A DNA stretch of 62,533 bases, filler included, from Choristocarpus tenellus KU-1152 (lineage: Eukaryota > Protista > Phaeophyceae), in the NCBI GenBank assembly GCA_964200185.2. It is 5 parts of 5 records of this genome, joined end to end, with 100 filler letters (N's around TTAATTAATTAA, not from the genome) between each part and the next. Parts side by side here need not be neighbours in the genome. Positions count along the whole stretch, not along the records: positions 19,374 to 41,326 come from CAXNAD020000314.1; 4 more parts are not named here. One strand, given 5' to 3'. Position numbers and translations under genes: made by a program. Below, one piece after another: positions 26,901-40,160 of this stretch (position 1 is the first letter of the stretch; each line of letters opens with the position of its first letter). Under the pieces are notes generated by a model. That model did not search any database. It was not told where the DNA came from and was given only the letters and a program-made list of their open reading frames with translations.

Positions 26901-27153
26901 TAACTAATTGTCTGTGGATGTTCTCATCACCTACCCTGTCCCGTGTGTGTGTGTGTTTGTTCGGCTTCTATGACAAAACGTTGTGGGGGTTTTCCTAATA
27001 TATATGTAGGTGGATGAAGAAGTTGCCTCTGACTCTCGTATACGCAGGAGCTACAAGAACATCAGGGGACAAAACAACATTATGTGTTGGGAATGGCTGG
27101 GGCCCAAGACGACCACATTTGACTCCATTGGGGTGAGTTGCGAGATAGAATGA
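19788..27153 (+). CDS. Src1/Heh1/MAN1/LEM2-type inner nuclear membrane protein, MSC (Man1-Src1p C-terminal) domain; 5' part missing
   Basis: Phase-consistent exons: 19788-20065, 20568-20669, 21342-21573, 23000-23083, 24967-25038, 26032-26130, 27010-27132/27153. The lumenal Cys pattern VAPCPPAAVCSSGSILSCDVPF...DCIMSLELRQELSVVVDFLREKTVVDQCG and VDLPFVCKVRLW are followed by the TM helix VLMGLFIMLVLVLW and winged-helix motifs VPHIQDFVLD and ALWPLVDEEVASDSRIRRSYKNIRGQNNIMCWEWLG (cf. MAN1 [32 protein letters not shown], recalled from memory). The 3' end is either read-through to TGA 27151-27153 or further exons near 27479-27520 and 27835-27882. Confidence 0.8.
21780..22980 (-). mobile_element. Possible remnants of a CRE/R2-like non-LTR element (RLE region) in an intron
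   Basis: Minus-strand fragments SHASRANVKVLACTTTPPSVSSYMLYSTLWRQLVLLSHV and LPTDLL...LLIPLHP...KKRRNKVNHHARQLGMHSYLP loosely fit the post-RT and PD..D..K endonuclease layout. Heavily decayed. Confidence 0.25.
24541..24608. repeat. (TAT)n microsatellite
   Basis: Imperfect TTA/TAT trinucleotide run seen directly. Confidence 0.9.
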
Positions 27154-29379
27154 TACACACAGACAGTGGAACGAGTAGCTCTAGCGAAGGGGATTTTAGC
27201 GCATCGGGCATTTGCTCTGCTCCTTGATTGTTTGTGCATGTGTGTGTTGATGGCTGCATTTGTCATCATCCTCTCTTTTGTGTGTGCAAGATGTATTGCA
27301 TTTTTTTTTTTGGATTGCGTTATGTATTTTAGAGGAGAATAAGGAGGATGGTTGGACTTTTTGTATTTTTGTGCAGTTGGGAGGTACTGTTGTGGTTTGA
27401 AGAGGCAGTCGCAGACAGTCGTTTGCTGACTTACTGTGTTTTTTTTTTGTTTTTTTTCGTTTCTTTGATGTTTTACAGACCAGCTCCCGTTCACACGTGT
27501 GCTGTAGCTGGTTTCCGAAGGTTGTGGTCTGGACAGGTTGTGTGGAGTGGTGGAGCAGGAACAGTTCATCTATTCAAAGATTGTTTGGGATTGGGACTGT
27601 AAATAGAGTCGTCGTGTGAGTTGGACTTGATATTGATGCTTGTTATGATATATATATATACAAGGGAGTGTTTCAATGAGTGTTTCAAAAGAGAAACTGA
27701 TGTAGTTGATAGATATATAAGCATGTCCTCAACATAAATTGTGGTACATGAGTCCCCCCCATCCCCCTACCCTCATTCCCTTTCTCATTTGGTTGTTGCG
27801 AACTTGCTATGCTCCTGTGTTGGGGTCGATGCAGGCTCTTGACCCTGGACCTCCTCCGCGTCTGTTGCTTCTCCGAGTGTGAGGGCATGGGATATATGGA
27901 GGTGGATTGCTGGTGGCGAAAGGGGCGTATGGCCCATGGTGATAAGCACACTGGTCGTAAGAGCAACTAGACTTGCAGAGACAGCACAAGGGTCATTCAC
28001 ATCTTGCTGACTGGCTATCCATGGTTTCGTGGTGGGGATTTGATGCTTTGTATGGCAAGGCCAAGATGGATGCAAAGGATTGTCAAATATGCTATACTTG
28101 TATACCAACAGTGACCACCACAACTGAGGTGTTCAGTCCACCTCGAAAGATGGCTTGGAACCTGGGCGTACCACTTTGTTTTGACCATAGCCTCCGGCCA
28201 TGCTGGCATTGCTCAGACGATGCAACAGGTTAAAGTGCATTGGTGTGAATTCGTGATATTAACTAATATTCTTGGTAAGGGAATGTGAAATAGTGGTGCC
28301 CCAACAAGTCTAGTGGGATGACTCTTGCTGCACCTGATGGGTTTGAGGTGTTTGGAGGGCTGTGTAATTTTTTTTTGTGCTTTTTTATCCTTGCTCCTCT
28401 TTGCTGTATCTATCTTTAGGTGTAGGTTGTGGTGGTGTCGTCAAGTGAGTTGGTTTAATTGAGTTGTGTACTGTAAATGTATACAGCTCTGTATGTTGAT
28501 GATGATTGCACCTACCACGCTGCTCATTTGTTTGTGCTGTGTGTTGTACCTTATATCATATTGCCATTACATGTGGATGTGTGTATTTTGTGTGAGTTTA
28601 CACGGTGATTTGTCATAACTGGTGTCAAGAGCGCACAGGTTCGTCTTGTTCCTCGAATAGATGATTGAAGGTCCATGCATGCATGGCGACTGAAAGTTGT
28701 CTGGGTAGGAGGGGAGAGGGAAGCAAAGCCCAATCATGACTGGCATCAAGTAGCTAAACAATTGGAATTGATGTGACCGTTGACACACAGAGAGAGAGAG
28801 AGAGAGAGAGATCGCATATACATATGTATGTATGAATAATAACAATAAATGGAAGATGCGGATCCTCAACTTCTGTAAGAGTCATCGGTGTTTAAATTGG
28901 GGGTGTTTTGTGCACTGTCTGCCCACTTATCTAGAAAATATATGATTTTCTAGCTCTTCAGAGCAGTATACCTATCCATCTACCCTAAACAGTAGAACAA
29001 TTCTCAATATGCCCTCAACATACATACATATTTTATTATTATGCCCTCTGATATTTTGCAGATGTGTCAGAGGAAATACAATGATTAGTCAATTAAATAT
29101 CAGAGCAATCCCTGAAAAAGTAGCAGTTGTGGTAAATGTGAAGGTCATTCTTCTATCGTCTATTTTTTATTTTACTATCAGCTATGCTGCACCACTCCCC
29201 TGCCATGCCTCCAACCTAGCTTAGCCCTACACCCCCAGGTGAGCTACTAGGGAAGCATCCCAAGAACCTGACAGGCTCCCCCTTGCCCATTTCCCTGGTG
29301 TCTCCAGCTTAAATCGCATGACGTGTCTATATATGGACATGTACATACTCCATACGGACCACAACAAATTTAAAATAAA

Positions 29380-29596
29380 CGAGAAATACCAAGGCTTTTC
29401 ATCTTTTGCAATTTACTCTTATTTTCATAGATAAGGTGATAAGATTGACCTGAGAGTGTTGGAATCTCTATTGTTTGAAAATTTTCGACAGAAGTCAGGA
29501 GAGTCACTACACGCTTTTGAACAAGAAGCCAATTTTGGAACATTTTTTTCAGCATATTCAAAAATACAACACTGGGCACCTCTCATTTACTTTGCT
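29380..29596. mobile_element. MITE family C, partial copy
   Basis: GATTGACCTGAGAGTGTTGG...CACCTCTCATTTACTTTGC aligns with 5585-5737 and ends in the same TIR. The left boundary is approximate. Confidence 0.6.
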
Positions 29597-29993
29597 AAAA
29601 CTGGAACGGTATTTTACACACCGATACTGACCTACAGGTAGGGTGATATCGAGAATATACTTACTCTAAAAAAGTAGGAAATTTCAGAACTGTACTTTTT
29701 TTTTCAATGTCCAGTTCTTCGTTTGTTGTTATTTGTCTCGTCTTTGTCGCCATCAAGGATTTTTTCGTCATGATTCGTCAATAGCTCCTCAACAAGAAGG
29801 AAACGCAATGCTGGTGTGCTATTCTCCATCTACAACACACTTGTCATACAATTAATAGGGCCAACACGATGTTTTGGGTTTAGAGTCTAAGATTGAACAC
29901 AGAAACAGTTTTTTCTTTGTTGCATGTTAAGGTGCGTGTCAATCTTACCTCCCTGCGTATCAATGTTCTACCATGAGTGGGGTTTACAATGAT

Positions 29994-30174
29994 GACTCAA
30001 AGTATCTGGGGGGGGGGGTGGCGGCTGTTCATTTGGGGCCTATTTTTCCATGTTGCGATTTTTGGGTGATTTGGTTGCATGAGTTGGATGGATAATGTAA
30101 GTGCACTTCTCCTGGTCAGGGCCCAAATGGACACCCTGGTGTACACCCCTTTCCCCTCCCAGATACTTTGAGCC
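29994..30174. mobile_element. MITE family A, full copy (181 bp), reverse orientation
   Basis: TIRs GACTCAAAGTATCTGGG / CCCAGATACTTTGAGCC, flanked on both sides by TGAT (29990-29993, 30175-30178). Confidence 0.85.
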
Positions 30175-32397
30175 TGATTTTTACGTTTATTCTGTCTGAC
30201 TCCTGTTTGGACTATACCTCAACAGTCTAAAACGTTAATTCCTTGTTGTGTGCAGTAACTGCAGGAGGAGCTGAAGCTGGTCATCATTCTGTTACTACTA
30301 CATAGTTTGTGTGCTATGTTGTGTACTGAATCTTATAGCTGACCTGACCCCTTTCCCAGACAGACAAGGCCAGGATGTGAGGCAAGGAAGGGCGTTAACA
30401 GTAGTACTAGTTACATAATCCTTTTGGCCCGAAATTCACCCACCTTCAATAGAGCTGGTGACTGTCTGTATCACATGATAAACACAATACACACTATCTG
30501 ACCATTGTTCTGGATACCCGGGGTCTTTTACTTATAATTCATAGGCTGTGGTGATCTCTTCTGCGGTTTGCCTATAAACTAACAAACTCGGGCAAGCTCA
30601 ACATCAACCTGTAACATGGAGGTCATATCAAGAAGTTCTGTGATTCCAAGGCAGATCTCTCTTGTCTCTGGATTTTCAAGTCAACTTGCTTGATTGTGGG
30701 CACATACATGCAGCATGTATGTGCAAATATATGCATGATGAGTTCTTGTCTATGACTTTGGAAGAAGAGTGGAATTTTGGTCTCTGTGGCCTAGTGATCA
30801 CCTGTTAACATTATGCAGTCCCAATTGGGTTTGGTACTAGGAATCTCCAGTCCACTTCTGATGTATGTGTTCAATAGGAGCCTGCAACAAGCCACCCTGT
30901 TCTCAGAAGATCGAACTACCTTAGGGGGAAGGATTGCAAAGCCAATACGACTAGAATTTACCCCCTCACTCAGCGAGATGTGACCAAGATGATGCCTATC
31001 GTAGTGTAGCCAACTTTCTTCTATGACACACTCCAAGAAGAGTAAGTTTGGTTGCCCAAATAATGTTGACCATATCCTGGGCAAAGGGGAGGAGAGGCAG
31101 AAGACTCAATGTGCTGTGATGCTGTGCACCAAAAACCTCCAACAGCGAGCTGACCCAGCCAAGGTGAAGGTATGTTGTCCTGAAGTTAAGCAGGGTGACA
31201 GGTGGTGGGAGCAATAATGAGACCAAACCCACCGTCTATGCTGAATGGGAGCATGACTTACCACGTAGATCTGTGTGCTGTAGACAAGGGAAGGAGCGAG
31301 GGAGTGGTTTAAGGGGTGCCTACACAGAAAGTTGGTCCAGCAATACCCACAGCTTTGGCATCCAGCCCCCACATACATGATGGAGGAAAATACCTATAGA
31401 GCTATTGACATCGAAGTCTTCTGCTGTGCTCTGAGCCATCAACAAGGGCACAACCATCTATTGGAGATAAGCATGCAGAGCATGGCTAAGAGCCAACCCA
31501 TTTGAGAGGTAGGCAAGTTTGGACCCTTTTGCATTCTATGCCATCTTTCTTACCCTGTGCAGTACACTGTACCCTATTATTTCAATGCTTTATGTGCACA
31601 ATAGTGGACGCAGAATTCACATTCTCCCTTTCCACACCCATAATGACACCACAATTCGCAAAAGCTCTTTCTGCAATGTACAAAAGGACACGTTTTTACC
31701 TTTCTTAGTCGTCCATTACTCCCATTGATGGACGGTAGGTGCTCCCTGCACTAATTTTGTAGGTTCGAGTGTCCTCAATACGACATTTATTTTTGCAAGT
31801 CCTGTTCTCTCGATTAAGTCTATGTGTCAACCACTGCAGGGCCCGAACTATCCTCCCTTCTATTGCTATCTATACTATACCGCAAACAAACCACGAGACG
31901 TGTGCGCTAAGCGATCTCAATCCAAGAGCAATACCCTTTTCCTCGGTATGAAGTATAGACCTTGGTGTTATTCCCCCTCCAGATCACAGGATTCCTTGCG
32001 TTATGATGTGGTATAGCCACAAATTGACAGTATTGGTTATATGATGCTGAGGGTGCATAGCCCGTTGTGCTTGCCACAGGCAAATGGATAATTGAGACTA
32101 AATTGAAGTCTGACGTTGAAGTGATTCGAACCTGCAAAATCCATAATCCGTAACTCTGAGATGAACCCTCATCTATTAACCATACAAAATGTTGGAAGTT
32201 TTGAAGATTATAGAGAATATTAATAATATTTCACCACCAAAACGCCTCACCAACAATATCAGATGTGGCGTTAGTTTGTTTTTGTAGGTGTTAAGTTTAG
32301 TTTAAATAAATAGTACTTCTACTACTCCTTGACTACTACATATACTTTGCAACTTTTAGCAGCGAACACCAACTGCATGTGAGACAGTGGACCCATC

Positions 32398-35300
32398 ATG
32401 TCGGCCTACACAGCTCTGTCAGATGACGATTGCTCTGATCAAGGAACTGCTTTTGATTTGGGAGCCGAGTCGGATGAAGATGAAGAGTGGGGCCAAAAGG
32501 ACGAGGGAGAGACCAAGATAGAAAGGACAACCACAACTCAGAGAACCAAAGCATCTGCCAAACCAGTACTGCCAGACAACGATTTATCTGAACAGGAGGT
32601 CGCACTGAAGGATTTCAGGTTCGACCCAGATTACGATGAAGAGTGGGATGCGGGGGCGAGTGAGGAAGAAGATGACGAGAGCGACCTTGAGGAGACTCTG
32701 CAAAGGAGGATACGTTCGGTTTCGAAACACAAGCGTGCCAGTCCAGGAAGCTTTAAAAAGAGATCTTCGCAATTCCAAATAGATGGCAGCCATATAACAG
32801 ATTACTCTGCCCGATCAGCAGAATTATATGTCGAGAGCGACTGCTCTGAAGAGAACGATGATGACGACTGGCCTGAAGGGGACAAGGAGGAGGATGAGGA
32901 GAGCGAGTTGGTAGAACCGGTGAAAGGATCTTCTTCTAAACGTAAACGGGATAATCAATCTCGGAAAATTGATCGAGGAAGACTCCTTAGCGGGAAAGGT
33001 GGATATTCCCTGTCAGACATGGATGACGATGATGATGATGATGACGACGACCTACCTGCTCCTGGGAAGCGGATGAAGAAGCCCAAGCAGGGAAGGACTG
33101 GAAGGTGCGAATTTTCCTTTGGGCTCCTGCGGGTTCCATGAAGCTATGGATGTCTCCAAAATGCCCCTCCCTCCACCCATACCTCCGTTCTTCCGATGCT
33201 CATCTTACTGTCTCCCCTTACCCCCCCCCCTTCCCCCCTTCAAATGCCCAACGTCGACAGGACGGTTGGTAAAAAGTACCCACCAGAAATTCACCGCCTA
33301 CTGGGTGAGGCACAGAGCCACTATGTCAATAGGAACACTGAAGGGGCTTGTAAGGCACTCGCTGAGGTTGTTCGGCAGTGTCCCTCGGTAGGTCCAGGAA
33401 TTGTGTTTGCTATGTCCTGTCTGTGATGTCAAGGCTCCTATTACTCCTTTGGAATGAACGCCACCCTTTGTTAAGCCTCTCTGATCCATACATATCCCAT
33501 CCCCCTTCCTTTACTCTCCTGTTTTGTAGATCCCCGAGCCCTACACACTGTTGGCATTAGTGTATGTTGAGAAGGGTGAGCACAATTCAGCACTTGTATT
33601 CTACAAGCTAGCATGTGTGAGAGACAAGAAGAATGTTGCCCTCCACCAATCTGCGATAAAAGAGGCAATGATTGTCAAGGATTATCAGGCTGCATACAAC
33701 CTCCTCAAAGCTGTTGTTCGCGTGGACCCTGGCAACGTTGAATCAGCCATTCACAGGGCTCAGTGCCTGGTGTCCCTGAACAGACCAAAGCAGGTGAAGC
33801 ACACCTGGTGCAACCCTCTCCCCTCTCCTGGAGTTGGATTTTTTTTTTTCGAGGGTCGGGTAGCAAGGTATTTGAATCTCACAAGATCTGAGTAAGTCTT
33901 ACCGTGTTTTTTCTGGCGGATCCACCAGAATTGGCAATGGGTTTAGGATTGCATAAGAAACCCCTTGTTTCTGTGAGCAAAAAGGAATTTATTGAATGGA
34001 AAATACATGCCAAGGTCCTGGAATGAGTTTTCCTCCTTGCTGGTGGAATAGAGCATTCTGCCCCACTCACTACAAATGATATCATCCTTCATCTTGTTGT
34101 GAAGTGAGTGGGATATGTTATTGCATTGGTGTGATCCTCTTCTGCCCTATCACTATATATTTTTAGAGGAATGGTGTTTCATGTATGCAGAAGATTTGCG
34201 TGGCCTCTGTCGTTGGGCAAGTTGTTGTTAATATCTCTCAGGAGTTCCTCCGGTGTATATTTTCTGATATTTGGAGAATCTAGTGCCCAGTACTTTGTGC
34301 AGTACAGCCTTAAGGGGTATCCTTGTTTTTGTATTGCATTGTTGTTGCAGGGATGGAAAGCGAGCCTGTTGCTGTAAGCCAGTGATTTTGGGGGAAGATT
34401 TTGTGGATAGATTTCAGGGCTTGTCCAGCACTTCGTTCAACCTTAGCGTAGCTCTTTCAAACTTCTGAGTATGTGAAAAAATGACATGGAGGCCATTGTG
34501 ATCTCCCCAATCGAGAAGAGTCTATATATTACAGCAAGAAATTCTACATGATTTCACTTGTACTATCGTCGTCTGTGAAAGAGAAATAGGTGATATTTTG
34601 CCTCCATGTCGTCGTTTTATTTTTTTCCCCCGGGATGTTGCTCCCATTTCATCTCGCTCACGCTCCTTCTATTTTTTGTTCCATCTACTTTTGTTTTGTT
34701 TTGTGTTGCTGGTATCTTATTTAATTGAAGAACAGGCCATCGAGCAGTACCGCAGGCTCTCAAAGAGATTCCCCCGCAGGCTGGACATCTACCTTGACCT
34801 TGCTGAGCAGGTCTCGTGTACCACCCCAACTCAGAACCTCAATGTTCAGCAAGCATTGGCTGCTTGCCTTGGCAATGCCATTGGGGGTCGCTACCTCAGG
34901 CCAGATGTGGCTGCGCTGGCGGCAGGGTGGTCTGTGGTCCCACAAAGCTCCAAGAAGAGTGGTCGTACTAAGGGACAACGCCCAGTGGATATTTTTAGAG
35001 GTGCAAGGGACGCTGCAGTGGCTCTGGTGAGCAGTCTCATGGAGCAGAAGAAGATGTATGACCTGGCGGCCCAGGTTGTGGTGAGCCTGTTCGCATGGAT
35101 TGTTGACATGCGCTTGCAGGTGGTGCAAAAGGAAAGGTCCACTTTAGGTCATGGGAATGGTGATATGGGGAGTAAAGGTCAAGGTGATGATGGTGAGGGT
35201 GGAGTTGGCGAAGGGAAGGGGTTGGATGAATCTGCCGGGCAGCAGTTGTGGCTGGGGGGAGGAGAGCGTAGTGGCGTGACTGGTGAGGAAAATGATGAGG

Positions 35301-38171
35301 ATGCTGAGGAGGAGGAGGATGAAGAGGAAGAGGATGAGGAGGAGGATGGGTTGGAGAAAGACTTGGACAGTGAGGACAGCGGCAGTGATGGAGTGGGGGA
35401 CTATGATGTTGGCGGCTTTGCATTTGATGGAGAAGAACCAGGGGGCGAGGAGAGTGATGATGAAGAGGATGGGGGGAGGATGGGGGGGGCATGGGGGGGG
35501 GTGATGACTGCAAAGATGTACTACCTCCCTGCAGTGCTGGTTGTGAATTATGCCATTTGCCAGCTGTGGTTGAACAAGAAGGAGGAGGCAGACAAGAATC
35601 TGGCTTTCTTGCACAGTGCTGATGCACAAGACTTGGACAAGGGCGACCTCATGTTGAAGGCGGCTGAGGTGACCACTGTTGCATCAAGACCTAGGAACCA
35701 AGAAATAAGTTTCCATGGGGGAGGTGTCTTCAACCGATGAACAGGACGCGCAACCAACCCGACTCCTCGACGAGTAAAACTCATATTTGGTGGACATTGT
35801 TGTAGCCAGATTGTGTAGGCGAGGAGAGGAGTGATGCAGCCGCGCCATTTTCTACGAGAAGATTGACTGTGTACTTGTCTTAATGCAAGTTCAATGCCAA
35901 ATATAGTACTAAAGGAAGACGTTAAGGAGAAGCAGTGAAAGACATGAAGCGTGTGATCATCTTTCCCATAGAAGCCTTACTTACTCTGTACATGATTATC
36001 TACATGTCCTTGAGAAGATGTACATGTGAATATATATCTTCCATGTACACTTGATATTTCTTATCCACAACTGATCTGAACCTATGCTTTGTTGTTCCCC
36101 CTTCCCCCCCTACCCTGTAAAATCTTGCCAAACCTGTTGTAACCATTACCAGGCATACCAGGCTACAAAGCATCCAACGGAGGCTGACACCTTCCTTCAT
36201 AAGGTGGCTGCATCACTTCACCCTCGACGGCGCTTTGCGATGCTCAGCCTGGGTGCTGCTCACCTGGAACGGAAGGAATATGAGAAGGCTGCCGGGCACT
36301 ACAAGACTGTTCTCCTAGAACGCCCTGGTCACGAGGCTGCGCTGGTGGGATATGCAGAATCATCTTACTGGCAGGGCGGTGAAGCAGTTGTGAAGGCAGC
36401 AGAGTGCTTCACTGGCGCGGTCCGAGCGATGTTGGAAAGGGCACGGGCTCGAGCAAAGTCCAAAACAGGTGCAGGGAGTGGAACCATTGCCACTAATCCT
36501 GGGGCAAGTGCTGGGACTGGGAGGCAGGGCAGGGCAGAAGACGAAGAGGGTGAGCATGGGGATGAGTTCCAGAGGCTACAGATTCTAGTACAGTGGGCTA
36601 TGCTGAGTTGTATAGCTGGGGGGGTAGGAAAGGGGGAGAGATACGTTTGTGTTGCGCTTCCCCTGCTGAGCCATGCCCTGGCCCAGATAAAGCAATGCCT
36701 GATGACCTCTGTTGCTACAAGCACTCGGTTGACAGGGCAGCATCAGCAGCAGCAGAAGGGAGCAGGTCCCAAGGTGCAAACAGATGTTTCGTCGCAGGAT
36801 GTACCTGCAACGCTGTTGCCAGTGGCAGTACCCCTGATCGTTGATGTCGAGAGCTTGCAGCTCGGTGACCTTGAGAGCAGAGCTCTTGCGATGACAGAGG
36901 GATTGTGTGGTTTGCCGAACATGGACATCCGAGCCCGCATGGGACGGCAGTCCCTTTACCACCATGCCTGCCTGGTTGTGGAGACACTACTAGAGACTGA
37001 GAAGCCTGCTGCTGCAAAGGCTGTTGTTGATGCTGTACTGGGTCAGGGTCGCTTCCTGAAGGGTGTTGAGAAGGAGCGCTTGCAGGCTGTGGCTGATGGC
37101 AAGCAGAACATAAGCAGTACCTTTCCATCAGGTGCCTCTGTTGACCGAAATGTGGCAGAGGAGTCCTCATCTGCAGGACCAATGACAGTGGGGACGGCTG
37201 TTACTGGTGTTCAGCAGCCTCCCCCCAAGATCCAAACCCTGGTCCAGTGGTTGCCACCACCGTGGCGCCTTGTGGAATCTGGTGAAGTTGGTTTTGATCC
37301 CCTCATTGGGGGGCGGGAGTGGTACTTGAATGGATCAAGCACAGGTGGTTTGGGCAAGTCAGGCCGTTGGAGGGGCCCAGATGGTTTCACACGTAAAAGT
37401 CGATCACAGGCCCTGCTGGATATGTACAATCTGGAGGGGGACCCGGATGCTGTATGTGCTATTGTTCAGGCCCTGACCAAAGCTCCCAACCAAAACTCAT
37501 TGTGGAACCTGATGCATAGAGTGCTGCTGGTCCGAGGAGAGGAGCCAGGGGATTACACAGACAAGGTAGAGGCATTGGTGACCCGCCTCCGGGAACGCAC
37601 GCCGGCGCTGCTACACAAGGCCCATGACAATGCCATGTGGAGCCGACCACGGCATGCCCTGCGACTTTATGCCCAGGGGCATGCCTCACGGCCAGAGGAA
37701 CCCTTGCCACTTCTGTGCCTTGCTGCACAGACTCTGCGCATCATGTCCCTCACAGAGATAAGCATTGACGACCCCAAGCGATGCCTCATGCAAGCATTTG
37801 CTTGTCTGCACCGCTACGTTGATCTCCGCAAGGCCCAAGGGTCCATGTGGGAGGCAGAAGGCAAGGTAGCAAATGATGAGGTGGAGGCTGATTCCGAGAC
37901 CGTGGTCAATATCACATGGGCGGCGCTTGAGCAAGAATGTTTCTACAACATGGGTCGAGGTTACCATCAAGTTGGAATAACACACATGGCTATAGAGTAC
38001 TACCAGAGGGCTTTGCAGATTGAGGATGAGAGGGGGAGTGAGCTGCGGATGGATGGGGGCCGTGAGGGAGTCACAAGGGATGCAGCGTATAATCTGTGCT
38101 TGCTGTATCGCAGCCATGGGGCTGTTGCTTTGGCTCGCCAAACCATGTTGAAGTATTTGTCTGTCGGATGA
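32398..38171 (+). CDS. GTF3C3: General transcription factor IIIC subunit 3 (TFIIIC102/Tfc4), TPR protein
   Basis: Phase-consistent exons: 32398-33104, 33261-33387, 33530-33793, 34736-35668, 36153-38171. An acidic N-terminus is followed by PPEIHRLLGEAQSHYVNRNTEGACKALAEVVRQCPSIPEPYTLLALVY (cf. LMGEANIRFARG..EIIRQAPLAYEPFSTLAMIY). The C-terminal HALRLYAQ..PEEPLPLLCLA..MQAFACLHRY..QECFYNMGRGYHQVGITHMAIEYYQRAL..RDAAYNLCLLYRSHG..ARQTMLKYL is diagnostic of TFIIIC102. Confidence 0.93.
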
Positions 38172-38659
38172 CCTGTTCTTGGGGCAGCCTGATGCCTTGT
38201 TGGGATGGTTGGTGATTTGAGCTGCCACGCTGTGTAGTGAGTAGGTTACGGAAAACTGCTGACTTGTCAAGGTTGGCTGGTGATGCGTTAAAGTGCCAGG
38301 TGTAACTGGGGAGTGGTCGTTGCCTTTCCTAGTGAATGTGTTGTAGGGAGCTGGGAGTACAATTGTATCTGTGAAAGCATGCATGCAAAGAGTGCAAGAG
38401 ACGAAGCAAGTGGAGGTGAAGTAATGAAGATTTTTTGTTGTGAATTCTTTGTTCTATGTGAGGAATGATTTTGTCATCCACATGTGTATTGACTAGAGCT
38501 TGAGCAAGAAGGTACAGCATGTATGCTTACTCTGTTGTGGTGGAGTGTGCCTGTTACCCTGCCCTTATGAAGGTGATCTCCATATCCTTAACGCGTGCTT
38601 GATTATGCTCTCCTTTCTATGTCAATGTGTGTGTTTAGTGGGAAGGTGCGTCAAGCATC

Positions 38660-39049
38660 GAGATACCACTGTTCCCCCTCGGCAGATATTCACACAACTG
38701 TCTGCCCCGGTGGAAAAGTGTTATCTCAATTTTTGACAAATCGCAAGTTGTGAGATCATTACCTGGCTGGACTGCTTTCCCAACTTCCTACAGCAGAAGG
38801 ACGAAAGGTCAATGTGAGAGGAGGGTCTGGGGTACGCTTTTGTTAATGGGGAGTGCGAAGATTGAGATGAGATGTGGACCGGACCACTCTGGGAGGGCAC
38901 GCGACTAGTGGGGTGATGTCCCAATGCTTGCGCCAAATAGGTCCCTGTCCTATCGTTTTTTCCAGTATTGAGATACCATTGTTCAACTAGGGAAGACAAT
39001 CGCACAACTGTCTACCCCAGTGGAAGGGTGGTATGTTAATGTTTGACAA
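38660..39049. repeat. Diverged ~80-bp direct repeat pair (38660-38739 and 38970-39049)
   Basis: GAGATACCACTGTTC...CACAACTGTCTGCCCCGGTGGAA...TTTGACAA versus GAGATACCATTGTTC...CACAACTGTCTACCCCAGTGGAA...TTTGACAA. Confidence 0.75.
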
Positions 39050-40160
39050 GATGACCTGCTTCCCAGCTTGTTGACCTCTATTGTAGTGCCTAGTAATTTT
39101 ATTCCTTTCCTTTCCTCGCTGATATTGTTCAGGTATCCAGTTACTACACAGCCCTTTGAGCCATTTTACCCTCTCTAGCAATTCGTAGTAGGATGTGAGG
39201 AAAAAGAGCAATATATATATATATATATATGTGTGTGTGTATGTGGATAGTTGATCCTCTATTTTTGTATTCCTACTCTCATGAAAAAAGATGTGGTCTG
39301 ACTGTAGTCTATGATGGCACTATTAAGGTGTCCTATAAGTAGGGGGGTTACCGTGGGAGTTGCTTAACCTTTGTGACAATGTGCATGTACGTGTGCCATA
39401 TATAGTTCCCATATTTTTATGTAAGAGGTAGGACGAAGTTGGTTACGTTAAATTGTTTGTGAGAACTGGGAGCGTGAGACCAGATGGTTCATGATTCTGC
39501 TACTACAGCATCACACCCCCACATGGGCGGCGGAAGGATCGGTGGTGAAGGATGCTTGCTTTCATTTCATCTACAGAGTACATCCTTCCCATGTACCCAA
39601 GACCCAAGCATGTGACAGCATTTCTCAAGATTGTACAGACTCTCCTGATGTAGATCACTGTGAGCGCCTTTCAGGACAGTTCCCTGGAGAGGATATTAAG
39701 ATATTGTCTTACTAGGTCTGACCGTAAAACCCTACCATCTCGAAAGATGAATACATTTTCAATTGAACTATCAGGAAAAGTAGTCTCTTGTTGATCAACT
39801 CACGGAGGTGTTCAAGTAGAACAAGTAGAACCCCCTATTTGAGGATGTATCCACAGGAGTACACGACAGCAATGCTGGTTAGTGGAGCACAACTCAATCT
39901 TTAGCAGTTTTGATATAAATGTGTAATGGATCCCCTATATACTCAATCAAAAGAGTCATACATGCTGAGTGTGATGTTGAGAAAAAACATGTTTTAGGTA
40001 TGGTGCCTCTGGTATTGGCATATAAGTACTCAATATATCGTAAGCCACATTTGTTGTGCGTGCTACGCCATTTTTTGTTGAACAAGAAATCTTTTGAAGA
40101 GATAACAATTACAACAAAGAACAATTGAGTATTTGGTTGTAGGAACACAATACTTTGTGA

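Noticed and set aside
30790-31480. Cluster of short ORFs upstream of GTF3C3
   Set aside because: Looks like decayed coding or repeat sequence, but I could not support any motif.
38169-38171. Alternative genetic code (TGA as sense) to explain TGA-interrupted frames
   Set aside because: GTF3C3 ends at TGA at the conserved C-terminus, and intact exons contain no in-frame TGA.
35037-38384. Long minus-strand ORFs (His/Pro-rich 35037-35627, 37686-38384 and others)
   Set aside because: Antisense shadows of GC-rich GTF3C3 exons.
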